Origin: Alphaproteobacteria bacterium | Lineage (GTDB): Bacteria > Pseudomonadota > Alphaproteobacteria > G965222575 | Direction of reading: 5' to 3' | NCBI GenBank assembly: GCA_965222575.1 | Contig: OZ244958.1 | Location: 224,001 to 288,000 of the forward strand | Length of the DNA: 64,000 nt | Notes under the pieces: generated by a model | What the model saw: the letters and a program-made list of their open reading frames with translations, nothing else | What the model was told of the DNA's origin: nothing | Databases searched by the model: none | Translations under genes and position numbers: made by a program | Part shown: piece by piece, positions 18,396-28,471 of the stretch | Numbering within the stretch: the first letter of the stretch is position 1 | Layout: the number at the start of each line of letters is the position of its first letter

Positions 18396-20488
18396 GAGAG
18401 TTCAATTTTCGCAAGAGGCTGTACAGTGATATCTGAGGTGAGTTCTTGGTAAGAGAGAACGGGGAGTTCAAAGAGGTCTTTTTCAAGGACTTTGCGGACA
18501 TATCGTCTAACATCCATGGAGGTGAGGAGGACAGGGGGTTGGTTGTGGGCATAGAGTGAGCCGACGGCCTCTTTGACGCGTTTGATAAAGCTTGCGGAGG
18601 TTTCCGGGTCTAGGGCGAGGTAGTTGCCGGCGGAGGTTTGTCTAATAGCGTTACGAATTGTGTCTTCCACATCATGGGTGAAGAGGTAAGCGGGAAGAAT
18701 GTTTTGAATACCGGCGTGTTGGAAGCTTATTTGTCGTTTTAAGCCGTTACGGACGTATTCTGTGAGGACGACGACGTCTTTTTCTTTTTGTCCCCATTCT
18801 ATGATGAGTTCAAAGATAGCTCTTAGGTTACGGATGGAGACATCTTCTGAGACTAGTCTTTGGAAGATTTCAGTGAGTTTTTGGACGGGCAGTATGCGTT
18901 GTACTTCTTTGACGATTTCGGGGTAGTCTTTTTCCATTTTTTCTATGAGGGAGCGTGTTTCTTGTAGCCCGATAAATTCTTGAGCGTATCGTTTGAGGAC
19001 AAAGGAGAGGTGGTAAGAGAGGACGCCGGAGGAGGTGAGGAAGGGGACGCCTGCGGTTTTGAGTTCTTTAATTTTGTTTTCTTGCACCCAAATTGTGGGG
19101 AGAGAGGGGAGAAAATTTTTCCCTTTTTCCATATTGATATCCATAATTTCTAGGGTTTCTTGTTTTTCGCGCACGAAGAGGAAGCCGGGTTTGAGGTATC
19201 CTTGAGAGACTGGGATTTCCTGCACGAGGATACTGTAGGTTCCTGCTGGTTGGCGTTTATTGAAGCGTAGTTGTATACTGGGGAAGGGAACGCCTAGGTC
19301 ATGGTATAGGGCGCGTCTGAGTTTTTTGAGTTCTTCATTAAAGATATCCACTTTAAGGACATCTTTCATGGCAACATCCATATCAATCATGAGGGGAACG
19401 GCAAGAGAAAAGAGATCGCCTTCTTTTTCGTCTTCACTGGAAGAGTCGTGTTCCTCATCGTCGTCCACAACGGAAGGCACCATGGACGAGCTTTTTTTCT
19501 TTTTGCTAGCTGTTGTTTTACGGTATCGCAGCATAAAGTACCCACCTGTTGTGGTGATAAAGGCAATGATGAGAAAAATCGCCGAAGGCATACCGGGAAT
19601 AAGAGCAAAGCCAATACAAATCACGGAGGCAATAAAGAGGGCTCTTGGTTCATTGGTGACTTGCTGTCCGATATCAGCGCCGAGATTCGAGTCTTCTTTT
19701 GTGGTGACTCTTGTGACAATAATACCAGCTGTAATGGAAATAAAAAGAGCAGGGATTTGGCTTACCAGTCCGTCTCCAACAGTGAGGATGGAATAGGTTT
19801 GAAGGGCTTCCCCTGTAGCCATACCATTTTGTGTTGTGCCAATGGTGATACCGCCAACGATATTGACGGCAATGATAATTAAGCCTGCAATAGCATCGCC
19901 TTTGACGAATTTCATGGCGCCATCCATAGCGCCATAGAGCTGGCTTTCTTTTTCCACAAGGAGTCGTCTATGTCTCGCTTGGTCCATATCGATGACGCCG
20001 GCTCTCATATCTCCATCGATACTCATCTGCTTGCCGGGCATGGCGTCTAAGGAGAATCGGGCGCTCACTTCAGCCACTCGTTCAGAGCCTTTTGTAATGA
20101 CAATGAACTGCACAATGGTAATAATCAAGAAAACAACAAGCCCCACAACGATATTACCGGCGATGACAAAGTTGCCGAAGGTTTCAATGATATCGCCGGC
20201 ATCGGCTTGCAGGAGGATAAGGCGTGTGGTGGTAATGGAGAGGGCGAGTCTGAAAAGCGTGGTAACCAGCAAGACAGCGGGAAAAGCAGAAAAGCTTAAG
20301 GGCGAAGACAAATACATCGCCACCATGAGCAAGATGGCCGCAAAGGACATGTTTGTAGCCACAAGGGTATCGACCACAACAGTGGGAAGAGGAATAATCA
20401 TCATGAAAATGACCGCTACAAGTAAAGCAGCGAGGGCAATATCACTGCGTTTTGAGAGCAGAATCAGAAATTGCTGAATTCTATCCAT
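18392..20488 (-). CDS. sctV: T3SS export gate (LcrD/YscV, FHIPEP family)
   Basis: KGSERVAEVSARFSLDAMPGKQMSIDGD, LYGAMDGAMKFVKGDAIAG, LPVLSYQEL; non-flagellar neighbours. Confidence 0.96.
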   Translation of the reverse strand: MDRIQQFLILLSKRSDIALAALLVAVIFMMIIPLPTVVVDTLVATNMSFAAILLMVAMYLSSPLSFSAFPAVLLVTTLFRLALSITTTRLILLQADAGDIIETFGNFVIAGNIVVGLVVFLIITIVQFIVITKGSERVAEVSARFSLDAMPGKQMSIDGDMRAGVIDMDQARHRRLLVEKESQLYGAMDGAMKFVKGDAIAGLIIIAVNIVGGITIGTTQNGMATGEALQTYSILTVGDGLVSQIPALFISITAGIIVTRVTTKEDSNLGADIGQQVTNEPRALFIASVICIGFALIPGMPSAIFLIIAFITTTGGYFMLRYRKTTASKKKKSSSMVPSVVDDDEEHDSSSEDEKEGDLFSLAVPLMIDMDVAMKDVLKVDIFNEELKKLRRALYHDLGVPFPSIQLRFNKRQPAGTYSILVQEIPVSQGYLKPGFLFVREKQETLEIMDINMEKGKNFLPSLPTIWVQENKIKELKTAGVPFLTSSGVLSYHLSFVLKRYAQEFIGLQETRSLIEKMEKDYPEIVKEVQRILPVQKLTEIFQRLVSEDVSIRNLRAIFELIIEWGQKEKDVVVLTEYVRNGLKRQISFQHAGIQNILPAYLFTHDVEDTIRNAIRQTSAGNYLALDPETSASFIKRVKEAVGSLYAHNQPPVLLTSMDVRRYVRKVLEKDLFELPVLSYQELTSDITVQPLAKIELS

Positions 20489-20810
20489 GAGGCGGGGGGG
20501 GGAGTTGTAATGTTGAGGATTTTTGTTGTTTTTGTCTGTACAACAAGCGTTTGTGCATCAGTTCCACGAAGACCACATCTTGTTCGGTCTGTGCCTGCTC
20601 TCTTAAGTCCTCAATGAGTTCAGTAGTTTCTTGAAACGCAAACACTTCTAAGGAAGCATAAAGGAGAGATTTCAGGATATTAATATCAGTTGGCACCTTG
20701 TCTTTTAAGACCTTAAAAATGACATAGGCTCTGTCCACGCTGTCATGTCTCAAATAGAAGTGCCCTAGCACACGCAAGAAATCTATCTGTCGTTTTGATA
20801 GGGTGTTCAT
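20481..20810 (-). CDS. sctY: T3SS YscY-like TPR chaperone
   Basis: FLRVLGHFYLRH..RAYVIF TPR-like helices; directly upstream of sctV; start at ATG 20810 next to the sctX stop. Confidence 0.72.
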   Translation of the reverse strand: MNTLSKRQIDFLRVLGHFYLRHDSVDRAYVIFKVLKDKVPTDINILKSLLYASLEVFAFQETTELIEDLREQAQTEQDVVFVELMHKRLLYRQKQQKSSTLQLPPPPHG

Positions 20811-20811
20811 G

Positions 20812-21186
20812 TTAGGCTTGTAACAAAGCCATTTGGTGAGCATTGAAGAGTTTTCTTAAGTCTTTTTCTTGTTCTAGGATGGAGGCTAGGTCTTGAAGTA
20901 GCGGTTCGTTTGAGGGCGTGAGTGTTTTTAAGAGGCCATGCAGTGTCTGTTCATAGACATCAGGGTTGAGGATAGTGCCGTCCTGTAGATCGGGAACGAG
21001 CATATTACGGATAGCGGCATCCATGGTGAGGGCGCGAAAAATACTATTAAGTTTTTCATTACAAGCCCGTGCAGAGGGTATCATATGCAGAGGGCTATTG
21101 GTAGGAAGAGACTGATTGTGAGTCCGTTTATCATAGACGATTTCAGCGATGCCTCTTTGAAAGGAAAGGTCAAGTTTCACAGCCAT
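20812..21186 (-). CDS. sctX: T3SS YscX-like protein
   Basis: FQRGIAEI N-terminus, LVPDLQDGTILNP, C-terminal MALLQA; position between sycN and sctY. Confidence 0.75.
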   Translation of the reverse strand: MAVKLDLSFQRGIAEIVYDKRTHNQSLPTNSPLHMIPSARACNEKLNSIFRALTMDAAIRNMLVPDLQDGTILNPDVYEQTLHGLLKTLTPSNEPLLQDLASILEQEKDLRKLFNAHQMALLQA

Positions 21187-21189
21187 AGT

Positions 21190-21549
21190 TTAAGAAGTTT
21201 GTTGTTGAAGGTCTTTGAGTTGTAAGATAATAGCGTTTAAGTTTTGCAACGAGGTTTGTCGTAGGGGAATATCAATAGCAAAGATGAGGTCTTCCTCGCC
21301 TTTGATTCCTGTGGTTGCGAGGAAAGATTTTGAGGTTTTAACGTTCATGAGAGCGGATTTTAGGAGTTGTGGCGTCATAAAGGGTCGTTTTTGCACGAGG
21401 TAAATGACGAGTCGGTCTTGGGGGCATTTTTCAATAAAGAGCTTGCCGGATTGTTCCATTTCTAAGCAGAGGATATCACTGCCGTGGAATCCGAGTTTTG
21501 ACAGGTTTAACTGTTTTCCAAACTCTTCAATGACCTGATTGAGCCACAT
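21190..21549 (-). CDS. sycN: T3SS SycN-like chaperone
   Basis: WLNQVIEEFGKQLNL..L.LEMEQSGKLFIE; immediately downstream of the gatekeeper. Confidence 0.78.
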   Translation of the reverse strand: MWLNQVIEEFGKQLNLSKLGFHGSDILCLEMEQSGKLFIEKCPQDRLVIYLVQKRPFMTPQLLKSALMNVKTSKSFLATTGIKGEEDLIFAIDIPLRQTSLQNLNAIILQLKDLQQQTS

Positions 21550-21558
21550 TTTGTTTCC

Positions 21559-22725
21559 TTACATGTTTTCTTCTTGTTCAATAGCAACATCAATAGCTTC
21601 TTGGACAGCGCTTTTGACGCCCTCAAAAGCTTCCGGTGTTTCAAAAAGTTTCATTGGCATGGAGCTCACGACCTCGTTTAAGCGATGGAGCAAGAAGAGA
21701 TGACAGCTCATCTGTTTTTCATTTAACGATAGGGCATCGTCAAAGCCTGCTAGGATAAAGCTCACCTGTTCCACTGCCTCTTCGCCTACGAATCCTGAGG
21801 TCATAGGGAGAACACCTTTCATCATACGCGTTGCATCGCTTTGTGGAGGAAGCGTATAGATATGACTAGCTTTTTCCAGTGCACTAGCGCACAGTTCATG
21901 GGTGGTGACAAGGGACTGTAATTGGGCAATATCTTGCATAGCGAGCTGAATGAGGGTGGTATCTGTGGACGGTGTTTCGGCTTGCAAATCACTACTTGCG
22001 GCTTTGAGCAAAAAAGAGACGGCCTGAGCGAATTCTTGCGTACGAAATTCTTCTAGGATTTTGTTATAGGTCTCATAGAGAGGAGAAGGAGAGAGGACTG
22101 TTTCTCTGTAATGGTCTCTGAGGGACTGAATAGTTTTGGAGGTTTCCTGCGCTGTTTTTGCCGCATCAAGAGAAACATTAAGACCAGATTGAATAGAGAC
22201 ACTGTTTTCTTCTAGGAGCTGTTGTCGACAAAGAGCAATGCTTTCCACAGCATCTGTTGCATTCGCCTTGGCCATTTCTTTGTGCAGAAATTGCAGTGCG
22301 ATAAATTGATGAGTTGGGTCTTCATAGTGTTGCGCAATAAATTTTTTGAGCTGTTGGCCTGTGTGAGGCTGTTCTTCTAGGAATTTTTTTCTCAAAGAGC
22401 CAAGAGATTCTTTGTCTTCAACATCTGGGACTTTTTCGAGATATTCTCTGATAGCGCCTGATTGTTCTGTTTTCAAAGCCTTTTTGTCCCTGATTTTGCC
22501 TTTTAGGCCGAGGGATTTTTTTTCAGCAACAGCAAAGGACAGCTCTTCAGCTGCATCTTGTATCAGAGAGGAAGGAGAAGGGACAAGCTTGACGGTTTCG
22601 TTATGGAATTTTCCCGCAGGCGTAGCAATGATCTGGGGATTTTGATCAACCGGAAGCTTTGTTCCAACACCTGTGAGATTGAGCATATTGAAACCTTGTC
22701 TCTTTGAAGTATCATTGAGTATCAT
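21559..22725 (-). CDS. sctW: T3SS gatekeeper (YopN/TyeA-type fusion, HrpJ-like)
   Basis: DAAEELSFA, DPTHQFIAL, IQSGLNV, LRDHYRETV; C-terminal TyeA-like segment; alternative start at 22686. Confidence 0.88.
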   Translation of the reverse strand: MILNDTSKRQGFNMLNLTGVGTKLPVDQNPQIIATPAGKFHNETVKLVPSPSSLIQDAAEELSFAVAEKKSLGLKGKIRDKKALKTEQSGAIREYLEKVPDVEDKESLGSLRKKFLEEQPHTGQQLKKFIAQHYEDPTHQFIALQFLHKEMAKANATDAVESIALCRQQLLEENSVSIQSGLNVSLDAAKTAQETSKTIQSLRDHYRETVLSPSPLYETYNKILEEFRTQEFAQAVSFLLKAASSDLQAETPSTDTTLIQLAMQDIAQLQSLVTTHELCASALEKASHIYTLPPQSDATRMMKGVLPMTSGFVGEEAVEQVSFILAGFDDALSLNEKQMSCHLFLLHRLNEVVSSMPMKLFETPEAFEGVKSAVQEAIDVAIEQEENM

Positions 22726-22861
22726 AGCTCTTTGCCCTTAATCCTTTCCTAAATAAGGAAGGGAATGACAGGATTTTTGTTGAGAAGATTCTCCTGTTGG
22801 GTGAAAAGAGATATAGTGTGTGTGATGAGGGGGTGAGCGCATTAAGAGGAGGGTGTGAAAA

Positions 22862-23644
22862 ATGATTGAAGTGGTTGCGCATCCTGTAGCGTTATCATTA
22901 GGGGGGATAGGGATACGCTGGTATTCCTTAGCGTATGTAGTAGGCATATTGTATGGTTGGTGGCGTGGCAGGAGGTTGTGTGAGCGGGTTGGTTTGTCTA
23001 GGCAGGAGGTGGACGATTTTGTATTATGGGGATTTTTAGGGGTAATTTTAGGAGGAAGAGTTGGTTATGTTCTCTTTTATAATGCTAGATATTTTTGGGA
23101 GCATCCTCTTGACATTTTGAAGATTTATGAGGGAGGCATGTCGTTTCATGGGGGATTATTGGGGGTTGGGGTAGCGGTTTTGGTGTATGGCTATGTTCAC
23201 AAGATTTCCATACGGGCACTTTCGGATACGCTTTGTGTTGTGGTCCCTGTTGGATTAGGTCTGGGTCGCGTTGCGAATTTTGTCAATGTTGAGTTATGGG
23301 GTCGTATAACAGAGGTACCATGGGGTGTTGTGTTTGTGTCAATTGATTCCCATGTGCGTCATCCCAGTCAGTTATATGAGGCTTTTTTAGAAGGATTGGT
23401 GTTATTGGTATTGATGGAAGTGTTGATTAGGGTTCGTTTGGTACTGTCTTATCGTGGTTTAACAAGCGGTATTTTTTTCATAGGGTACGGTGTCATGAGA
23501 ATTGTGTGCGAGTTTTTTCGTGAACCAGATGTTCAGATAGGATTGCTATTTGATTGGATAAGTATGGGTCAGGTATTAAGTGTGCCGTTGTTATTGTTAG
23601 GGTTTTATTGTGTTACTACGAGTCGGGATGAAAGGCAGGGTTAG
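22862..23644 (+). CDS. lgt: Prolipoprotein diacylglyceryl transferase
   Basis: IRWYSLAY, GGRVGYVLFY, GGMSFHGG, GRVANFVN.EL.GR, HPSQLYE. Confidence 0.97.
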   Translation: MIEVVAHPVALSLGGIGIRWYSLAYVVGILYGWWRGRRLCERVGLSRQEVDDFVLWGFLGVILGGRVGYVLFYNARYFWEHPLDILKIYEGGMSFHGGLLGVGVAVLVYGYVHKISIRALSDTLCVVVPVGLGLGRVANFVNVELWGRITEVPWGVVFVSIDSHVRHPSQLYEAFLEGLVLLVLMEVLIRVRLVLSYRGLTSGIFFIGYGVMRIVCEFFREPDVQIGLLFDWISMGQVLSVPLLLLGFYCVTTSRDERQG

Positions 23645-24653
23645 CTATCCTATGGGGGTTGATAGGTTTATGGAGGAGTGTTTATACGGGGAGGAGGGGT
23701 ATTACAGGAGTGGGAAGGTAGGGTTTGGTCGCGGAGGAGATTTTGTAACGGCGCCGGTACTCAGTTCGTTATTTGGGGAATTGTTAGGGTTGTGGGTAAT
23801 AGGGAGCTGGGAAGGTCTGGGGAAGCCTGCATCGTTTTGTTTGTGTGAGGGAGGGGGAGGGAGCGGAATATTGATGGGGGATATTATTCGGACGCTACGG
23901 CGTTGTAGACCTGAGGTACTAGGGTGCGGGGAGATTGTGATGCTGGAGTCGTCACCTATTTTACAGAAAGTTCAGCTTCAGTATCTGTCTTCTTTTGGGG
24001 TACGGGTAAGGAGTATAAGCTGTTTAGAGGAATTGCCTAAGATAGTGCTGATTTTTTTAGCCAATGAGTTACTGGATTGTTTTCCTATTCGGCAGCATGT
24101 TTGGCATGAAGGGCATTGGCATGAGCGTGAAGTCAGGAAGGAAGGAGGGTGTTTCTCTTTTGGGATAGGAGGAGGATTGAGTTCACCGGAGGCGATTTGT
24201 CTGCCTTGCGAACCGGCGTACGAGGGGGATATTTTAGAGGATTCGCCCTTGCGTCACGAATGGTTGAGGAATCTGTCCCACCATTTTTTGCACTATGGAG
24301 GGTGTGGGGTTTTGAGTGATTACGGTCATGGGCGTTCGCACTATGGAGATAGTCTACAAAGTGTGAAGAGGCACAAGTATGTGGGAATATTTGATTCTCC
24401 CGGTAGCAGTGATATCACGGCAAGTGTGAATTTCGAGGCGGCTTTAAGCTGTATGGAACAAGTGGGGGTTAAGAAGAGTTTTTTGCGCACACAAAGGGCA
24501 TTTTTGCTATCCTTAGGGCTCGCTGAACGTCTGAAACAATTGTCTCGGTCTCTTGACACTCATGAGGTTAAGAAACTGATGGCCTGCGCAAATCGGTTAA
24601 CAGGAGAAAAAGAAATGGGCACACTCTTCAAAGTGTTAGGGGTGTGCGGTTGA
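23610..24653 (+). CDS. SAM-dependent methyltransferase, MidA/NDUFAF7 family
   Basis: FMEECLY..GYY, GDFVTAP..S.LFGE, ANELLDCFP, DYG, DITASVNF, MGTLFKV; usual lgt neighbour. Confidence 0.9.
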   Translation: MLLRVGMKGRVSYPMGVDRFMEECLYGEEGYYRSGKVGFGRGGDFVTAPVLSSLFGELLGLWVIGSWEGLGKPASFCLCEGGGGSGILMGDIIRTLRRCRPEVLGCGEIVMLESSPILQKVQLQYLSSFGVRVRSISCLEELPKIVLIFLANELLDCFPIRQHVWHEGHWHEREVRKEGGCFSFGIGGGLSSPEAICLPCEPAYEGDILEDSPLRHEWLRNLSHHFLHYGGCGVLSDYGHGRSHYGDSLQSVKRHKYVGIFDSPGSSDITASVNFEAALSCMEQVGVKKSFLRTQRAFLLSLGLAERLKQLSRSLDTHEVKKLMACANRLTGEKEMGTLFKVLGVCG

Positions 24654-24747
24654 CATTTTAGCCACCATGAGCTATTTTTTTAAGAAAGGAAGTGTTGTCT
24701 GGTTTTATGGGACACGGTCTCTTGGGGTTCACAATTTTGAGGTATTG

Positions 24748-25152
24748 ATGGCATTGCGTTTAATAGTCATTATGGTATTGGCGTTCAGTGTCATGGGCTG
24801 CGGGAAGTACCGCCAGTCGGTGGTGGTACAGGAGGGAAAAGTAGACAAAAATACGCTAACCCACGGAATGGTACAGCTTACTATAGAAGTTGGGAAGACG
24901 ACGCAAACGAATATATTAGAAGCCTTTGGGGCACCGAACATTACTACGCTGGATGGTTCAGGAGAAGAGGTATGGACTTATCAACGGGCAGGACGCATTG
25001 TGAGAAGCAAGAAATCCGCGCGGTCTTTTCTCTTTTTTTTCGCCTCCTCTGAAGGCTATGCGGAAAGGCGCTCAAGTATGATGACCTTGATTATCAAATT
25101 CAATAAAGACAAAATCGTCAAAGACTTCCAAAGTCGCTCTTCACAGTTTTAA
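24748..25152 (+). CDS. Lipoprotein, BamE/SmpA-like fold
   Basis: Lipobox VMGC after hydrophobic stretch; GKTTQ.NILEAFGAP, EVWTY, LIIKFN. Confidence 0.65.
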   Translation: MALRLIVIMVLAFSVMGCGKYRQSVVVQEGKVDKNTLTHGMVQLTIEVGKTTQTNILEAFGAPNITTLDGSGEEVWTYQRAGRIVRSKKSARSFLFFFASSEGYAERRSSMMTLIIKFNKDKIVKDFQSRSSQF

Positions 25153-25161
25153 GGCAAGGTC

Positions 25162-25710
25162 ATGACAAAGACCATACACAAGAGCTCTATAGGCTGGAGA
25201 GGAAGTGTTTTTAAGGTACGTTGCTGGATGATGAGTGTTGTGGTGCTATCTTTACTATTCAGTGGATGTCTTAGGTCTAAGCCTTCCCCTGTACCGCCTA
25301 CGGCACTAGAAATCAGGCAAATGCAGGTTCGTCAATATGATAAGGAAATCGCCATTGTATTTTCGTCAGTGGTGAGTGTTTTTCAAGATAAAGGGTATAT
25401 TATTCAAGAAGCAGATAAGAACAGCGGTTTTATCAAGGCGTATACACCCGTAAAGTCGCGTTCAATTCCCGGTCTCATAGGGCTATTGTTGAAACCCGGA
25501 GGGGTTCATCGGACAAAATGGATAACGCAAACGCATATTGAACGCATAGGGTCTAGGACCTCTGTGAGAATAGCCATTGTGCATTCGAGTACTGAGAATT
25601 ATCAAGGTCAACATGAGATAGAGGAGTTTCCTATTTTGGACTCTAAGGTTTATCAGTCCCTTTTTGAGGACCTTGAGCAGGCGATTTTTTTACGCCAAGC
25701 AGCAGAGTAA
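25162..25710 (+). CDS. Hypothetical lipoprotein
   Basis: Lipobox LFSGC; LEIRQMQVRQYD, SVFQDKGYII..AD..SGFI; co-oriented with the preceding lipoprotein. Confidence 0.65.
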   Translation: MTKTIHKSSIGWRGSVFKVRCWMMSVVVLSLLFSGCLRSKPSPVPPTALEIRQMQVRQYDKEIAIVFSSVVSVFQDKGYIIQEADKNSGFIKAYTPVKSRSIPGLIGLLLKPGGVHRTKWITQTHIERIGSRTSVRIAIVHSSTENYQGQHEIEEFPILDSKVYQSLFEDLEQAIFLRQAAE

Positions 25711-25799
25711 CCCCCCTACCCTCTCTCTCTCTCTCTTTTAAGAACCCTTGTCAATTGTCTTCTGATGAGAAGCACCTTAAGTATGATCTGTTGATTTTC

Positions 25800-27365
25800 T
25801 TATTCCCACTCAATTGTGCCGGGGGGTTTTGAGGTGATATCGTAGACGATTCTATTAATGCCGTCTACCTCGTTGACAATGCGTGTTGAGATACGATTGA
25901 GCAGGGGGAAGTCTAGGGGATAAGCTTTAGCGGTCATACCGTCTAGGGTGGAAACTGCACGCAGTGCGCAAGTTTGCTCATAGGTTCGTCTATCTCCCAT
26001 GACGCCGACGGTTTTGACGGGCAGGAGAATAGCGAAGGCTTGCCAGATTTTGTCATAGAGTCCTGCTGTGCGGATTTCCTCTAGGAAGATGCGGTCAGCT
26101 TTTCGTAGGATATTGAGGCGTTTTTTTGTTACTGGGGCACAGATGCGCACAGCGAGTCCTGTTCCGGGGAAGGGGTGTCTGAAGCAAAATTCTTTAGGTA
26201 ATCCGAGGGTTTGCCCTATTTGGCGGACTTCGTCTTTGAATAAGGAGCGTAAGGGTTCCACGACGCCCATGTTCATTTTTTTAGGCAATCCGCCTACATT
26301 GTGGTGAGATTTGATAAGGTGAGCATGTTTTGCGCCTGCGGATTCAATGACATCGGGATAGATAGTCCCTTGTGCTAGGAGTTCAATATTGCGTCCAATG
26401 GTTTGGCATATTTTTTTGGCTTCTTTTTGGAAGACATGAATAAAGGTTTTGCCGATAATTTTGCGTTTTGCTTCTGGGTTTTTCACATTTTTGAGTTTGT
26501 TCAAGAAGAGGGATTGGGCGTTAACGGAGCGGAGGGGTACGTGAAAGGTTTTGCGAAAGAGGGTTTGGATTTGTTGTGTTTCATTTGTACGCATGAGTCC
26601 TGTATTGACGAGGAGGCAGTGGACTTGAGGGGTACCGAGGGCTTTAGTGAGGAGGCAAGCGGTGACAGCGGAGTCGACGCCTCCTGAGAGGCCGCAGAGA
26701 ATATGTTGATTGCCAACTTTTTCGCGTAGTTGTGTACAGGTGTGTTCGATGAAGGCATTGGGTTTCCATTTTTTGGAGGGGTTGACAATTTTTTGGACGA
26801 AGGTTTTCAGCAAGGCATCCCCGTGTTGTGTGTGCATGGCTTCTGGATGGAATTGGACGCCGTAGAGGCGTCGTTTTTCATTAGCGATGAAGGCACAAGG
26901 GGCGTGTTGATTTTTCGCAATGACCTCGAAGCCTTCTGGCAAGGCTGTGACATGGTCACCATGAGACATCCAAACTTCAAGTGTTGTTCCAACTGTTAGG
27001 TTAGGAGGGAGGAGGGAGGAGTGTTTGACAATACTGATAAGAGCAGAGCCATATTCTCCTTTTTCTGCAGTTGTGACTTTTCCGCCTAGGTTGTGGACCA
27101 TGAGCTGTTGTCCATAGCAAATGCCTAAGATAGGGATATGCGCTGTCCAAAGGGTATCAGGGACAGTTAAAATTTCTTTTGCGTGAACGGATTGTGGGCT
27201 TCCGGACAGAATCACTCCGCAGGGGCGGACTGTTTGTAGGGTTTTCTCTAGATTTTCCGGCAGCACAGACTCTGTATAGACGCCAAATTCCCGCAGTTTT
27301 CTTGTAATCAAATGGGTCAATTGTCCCCCGAAATCCACAATGAGAATGGTGGAAAAATTGTTCAT
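25800..27365 (-). CDS. guaA: GMP synthase
   Basis: GICYGQQ, QFHPE, SGGVDS, IKSHHNVGG, SKPPGTIEWE. Confidence 0.98.
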   Translation of the reverse strand: MNNFSTILIVDFGGQLTHLITRKLREFGVYTESVLPENLEKTLQTVRPCGVILSGSPQSVHAKEILTVPDTLWTAHIPILGICYGQQLMVHNLGGKVTTAEKGEYGSALISIVKHSSLLPPNLTVGTTLEVWMSHGDHVTALPEGFEVIAKNQHAPCAFIANEKRRLYGVQFHPEAMHTQHGDALLKTFVQKIVNPSKKWKPNAFIEHTCTQLREKVGNQHILCGLSGGVDSAVTACLLTKALGTPQVHCLLVNTGLMRTNETQQIQTLFRKTFHVPLRSVNAQSLFLNKLKNVKNPEAKRKIIGKTFIHVFQKEAKKICQTIGRNIELLAQGTIYPDVIESAGAKHAHLIKSHHNVGGLPKKMNMGVVEPLRSLFKDEVRQIGQTLGLPKEFCFRHPFPGTGLAVRICAPVTKKRLNILRKADRIFLEEIRTAGLYDKIWQAFAILLPVKTVGVMGDRRTYEQTCALRAVSTLDGMTAKAYPLDFPLLNRISTRIVNEVDGINRIVYDITSKPPGTIEWE

Positions 27366-28276
27366 GTTCTTTCTTTTTCTAGGATTTTCAACACCATAGT
27401 GGCAACGCTTTTGTTTGTAAATCTCTCTAGGAAATGAAATCCCGCTTGACAGGTCACATTGAGTTCAGTGAGTTTGTCATGGATACAGTCCATACCGGCG
27501 ATAAGAACATTGTGTTTTTTCAGGAGAGTCGCAACAACTTTAGCAATCTGTTGTTCTTTTTTTGAAAGAGAGGTTTTGAGGATTTTAGCACCTTTGAAAA
27601 CGGAAGACTGAATACCTCTAGTAGGGATACGGAGGAAAGCCCCTATAGGATTGCCTTGAATGAAAATGATTTTTTTATCCCCCGTTGTTTTGACTTGTGG
27701 TAGGAACTGCTGACAAACCACAGGAGACTGCGGGGGGATGGTAATGGTATGAAGGGTTTCTTCTGTGATGAGGTGAACACCGCGGCCTTGGAAATCGTAC
27801 AAAGGCTTGATGACAGCGGTTTTGTGTTTTTTCAAGAAGCTTTTGATAGCCTCTGGATAAGAAGTGATGATATGTTCTGGCGTGAAAGCGGCAAGGGGCG
27901 GGGCGAGCAATTTTTCCGGTAAGTCGCGAATAGCCTTTGGGGGATTGGTCACTAGGGGATGCTTTAGGGACTCTAGCATATAGAGCCATGTTATATACTG
28001 CATGGTGACAGGGGGCTCATGGCGCGCAAAGATAACATCCATTGCCTCAAGGTCTTGAAGACGGGGATTCTTCAGGCGAAAGCCCTTTTGATACGGAATG
28101 AGGTCAGAGAGTAACGCCGTAAGAGTTGCATCTTGATGGCGACAGAAAGAGTTGGGGTGAAGGTAAAAGAGACGATGTCCCCTCTTTTGCGCAACATTAG
28201 CAAGGCTCCAATTAGAATTACAGGGGATATCTGAGGTATTTTTATCGTTATCGGAAATAAGAAAAGCGATTTTCAC
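27362..28276 (-). CDS. gshB: Glutathione synthetase (divergent ATP-grasp)
   Basis: AQKRGH, RHEPP..MQYI, PEKL, KPL....GRGV, GDKKI, LTELNVT. Confidence 0.82.
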   Translation of the reverse strand: MKIAFLISDNDKNTSDIPCNSNWSLANVAQKRGHRLFYLHPNSFCRHQDATLTALLSDLIPYQKGFRLKNPRLQDLEAMDVIFARHEPPVTMQYITWLYMLESLKHPLVTNPPKAIRDLPEKLLAPPLAAFTPEHIITSYPEAIKSFLKKHKTAVIKPLYDFQGRGVHLITEETLHTITIPPQSPVVCQQFLPQVKTTGDKKIIFIQGNPIGAFLRIPTRGIQSSVFKGAKILKTSLSKKEQQIAKVVATLLKKHNVLIAGMDCIHDKLTELNVTCQAGFHFLERFTNKSVATMVLKILEKERT

Positions 28277-28444
28277 TTACTTCAGTTTTGCCTCCTTGAA
28301 AAGAACATGCTTCTGAGCAATGGGGTCATATTTTCGAAGGACTATTTTCTCCGCTTGCTTCTTGGGATTTTTTTTCGTGACATAAAAATATCCCGTATCA
28401 GCAGAACTATTGAGTCGAATCTTAACGACACTCTTTTTCGCCAT
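28277..28444 (-). CDS. rpmG: 50S ribosomal protein L33 (zinc-free)
   Basis: Manual translation [55 protein letters not shown]; below the ORF-track cut-off. Confidence 0.96.
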   Translation of the reverse strand: MAKKSVVKIRLNSSADTGYFYVTKKNPKKQAEKIVLRKYDPIAQKHVLFKEAKLK

Positions 28445-28471
28445 CACTCCCCTTTATTCATTGTTTCGTTC

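Noticed and set aside
18392-20488. Flagellar flhA
   Set aside because: Neighbours are gatekeeper, SycN, X, Y, D and needle; no flagellar genes
7560-22760. Shared T3SS regulatory box (TCAATGAT upstream of effector 1 and sctW; AGAGACAAG upstream of effector 4 and sctW)
   Set aside because: Matches are short with inconsistent spacing; cannot be told from chance without genome-wide statistics
25711-25740. (CT)n microsatellite
   Set aside because: Between convergent genes with no evident regulatory target
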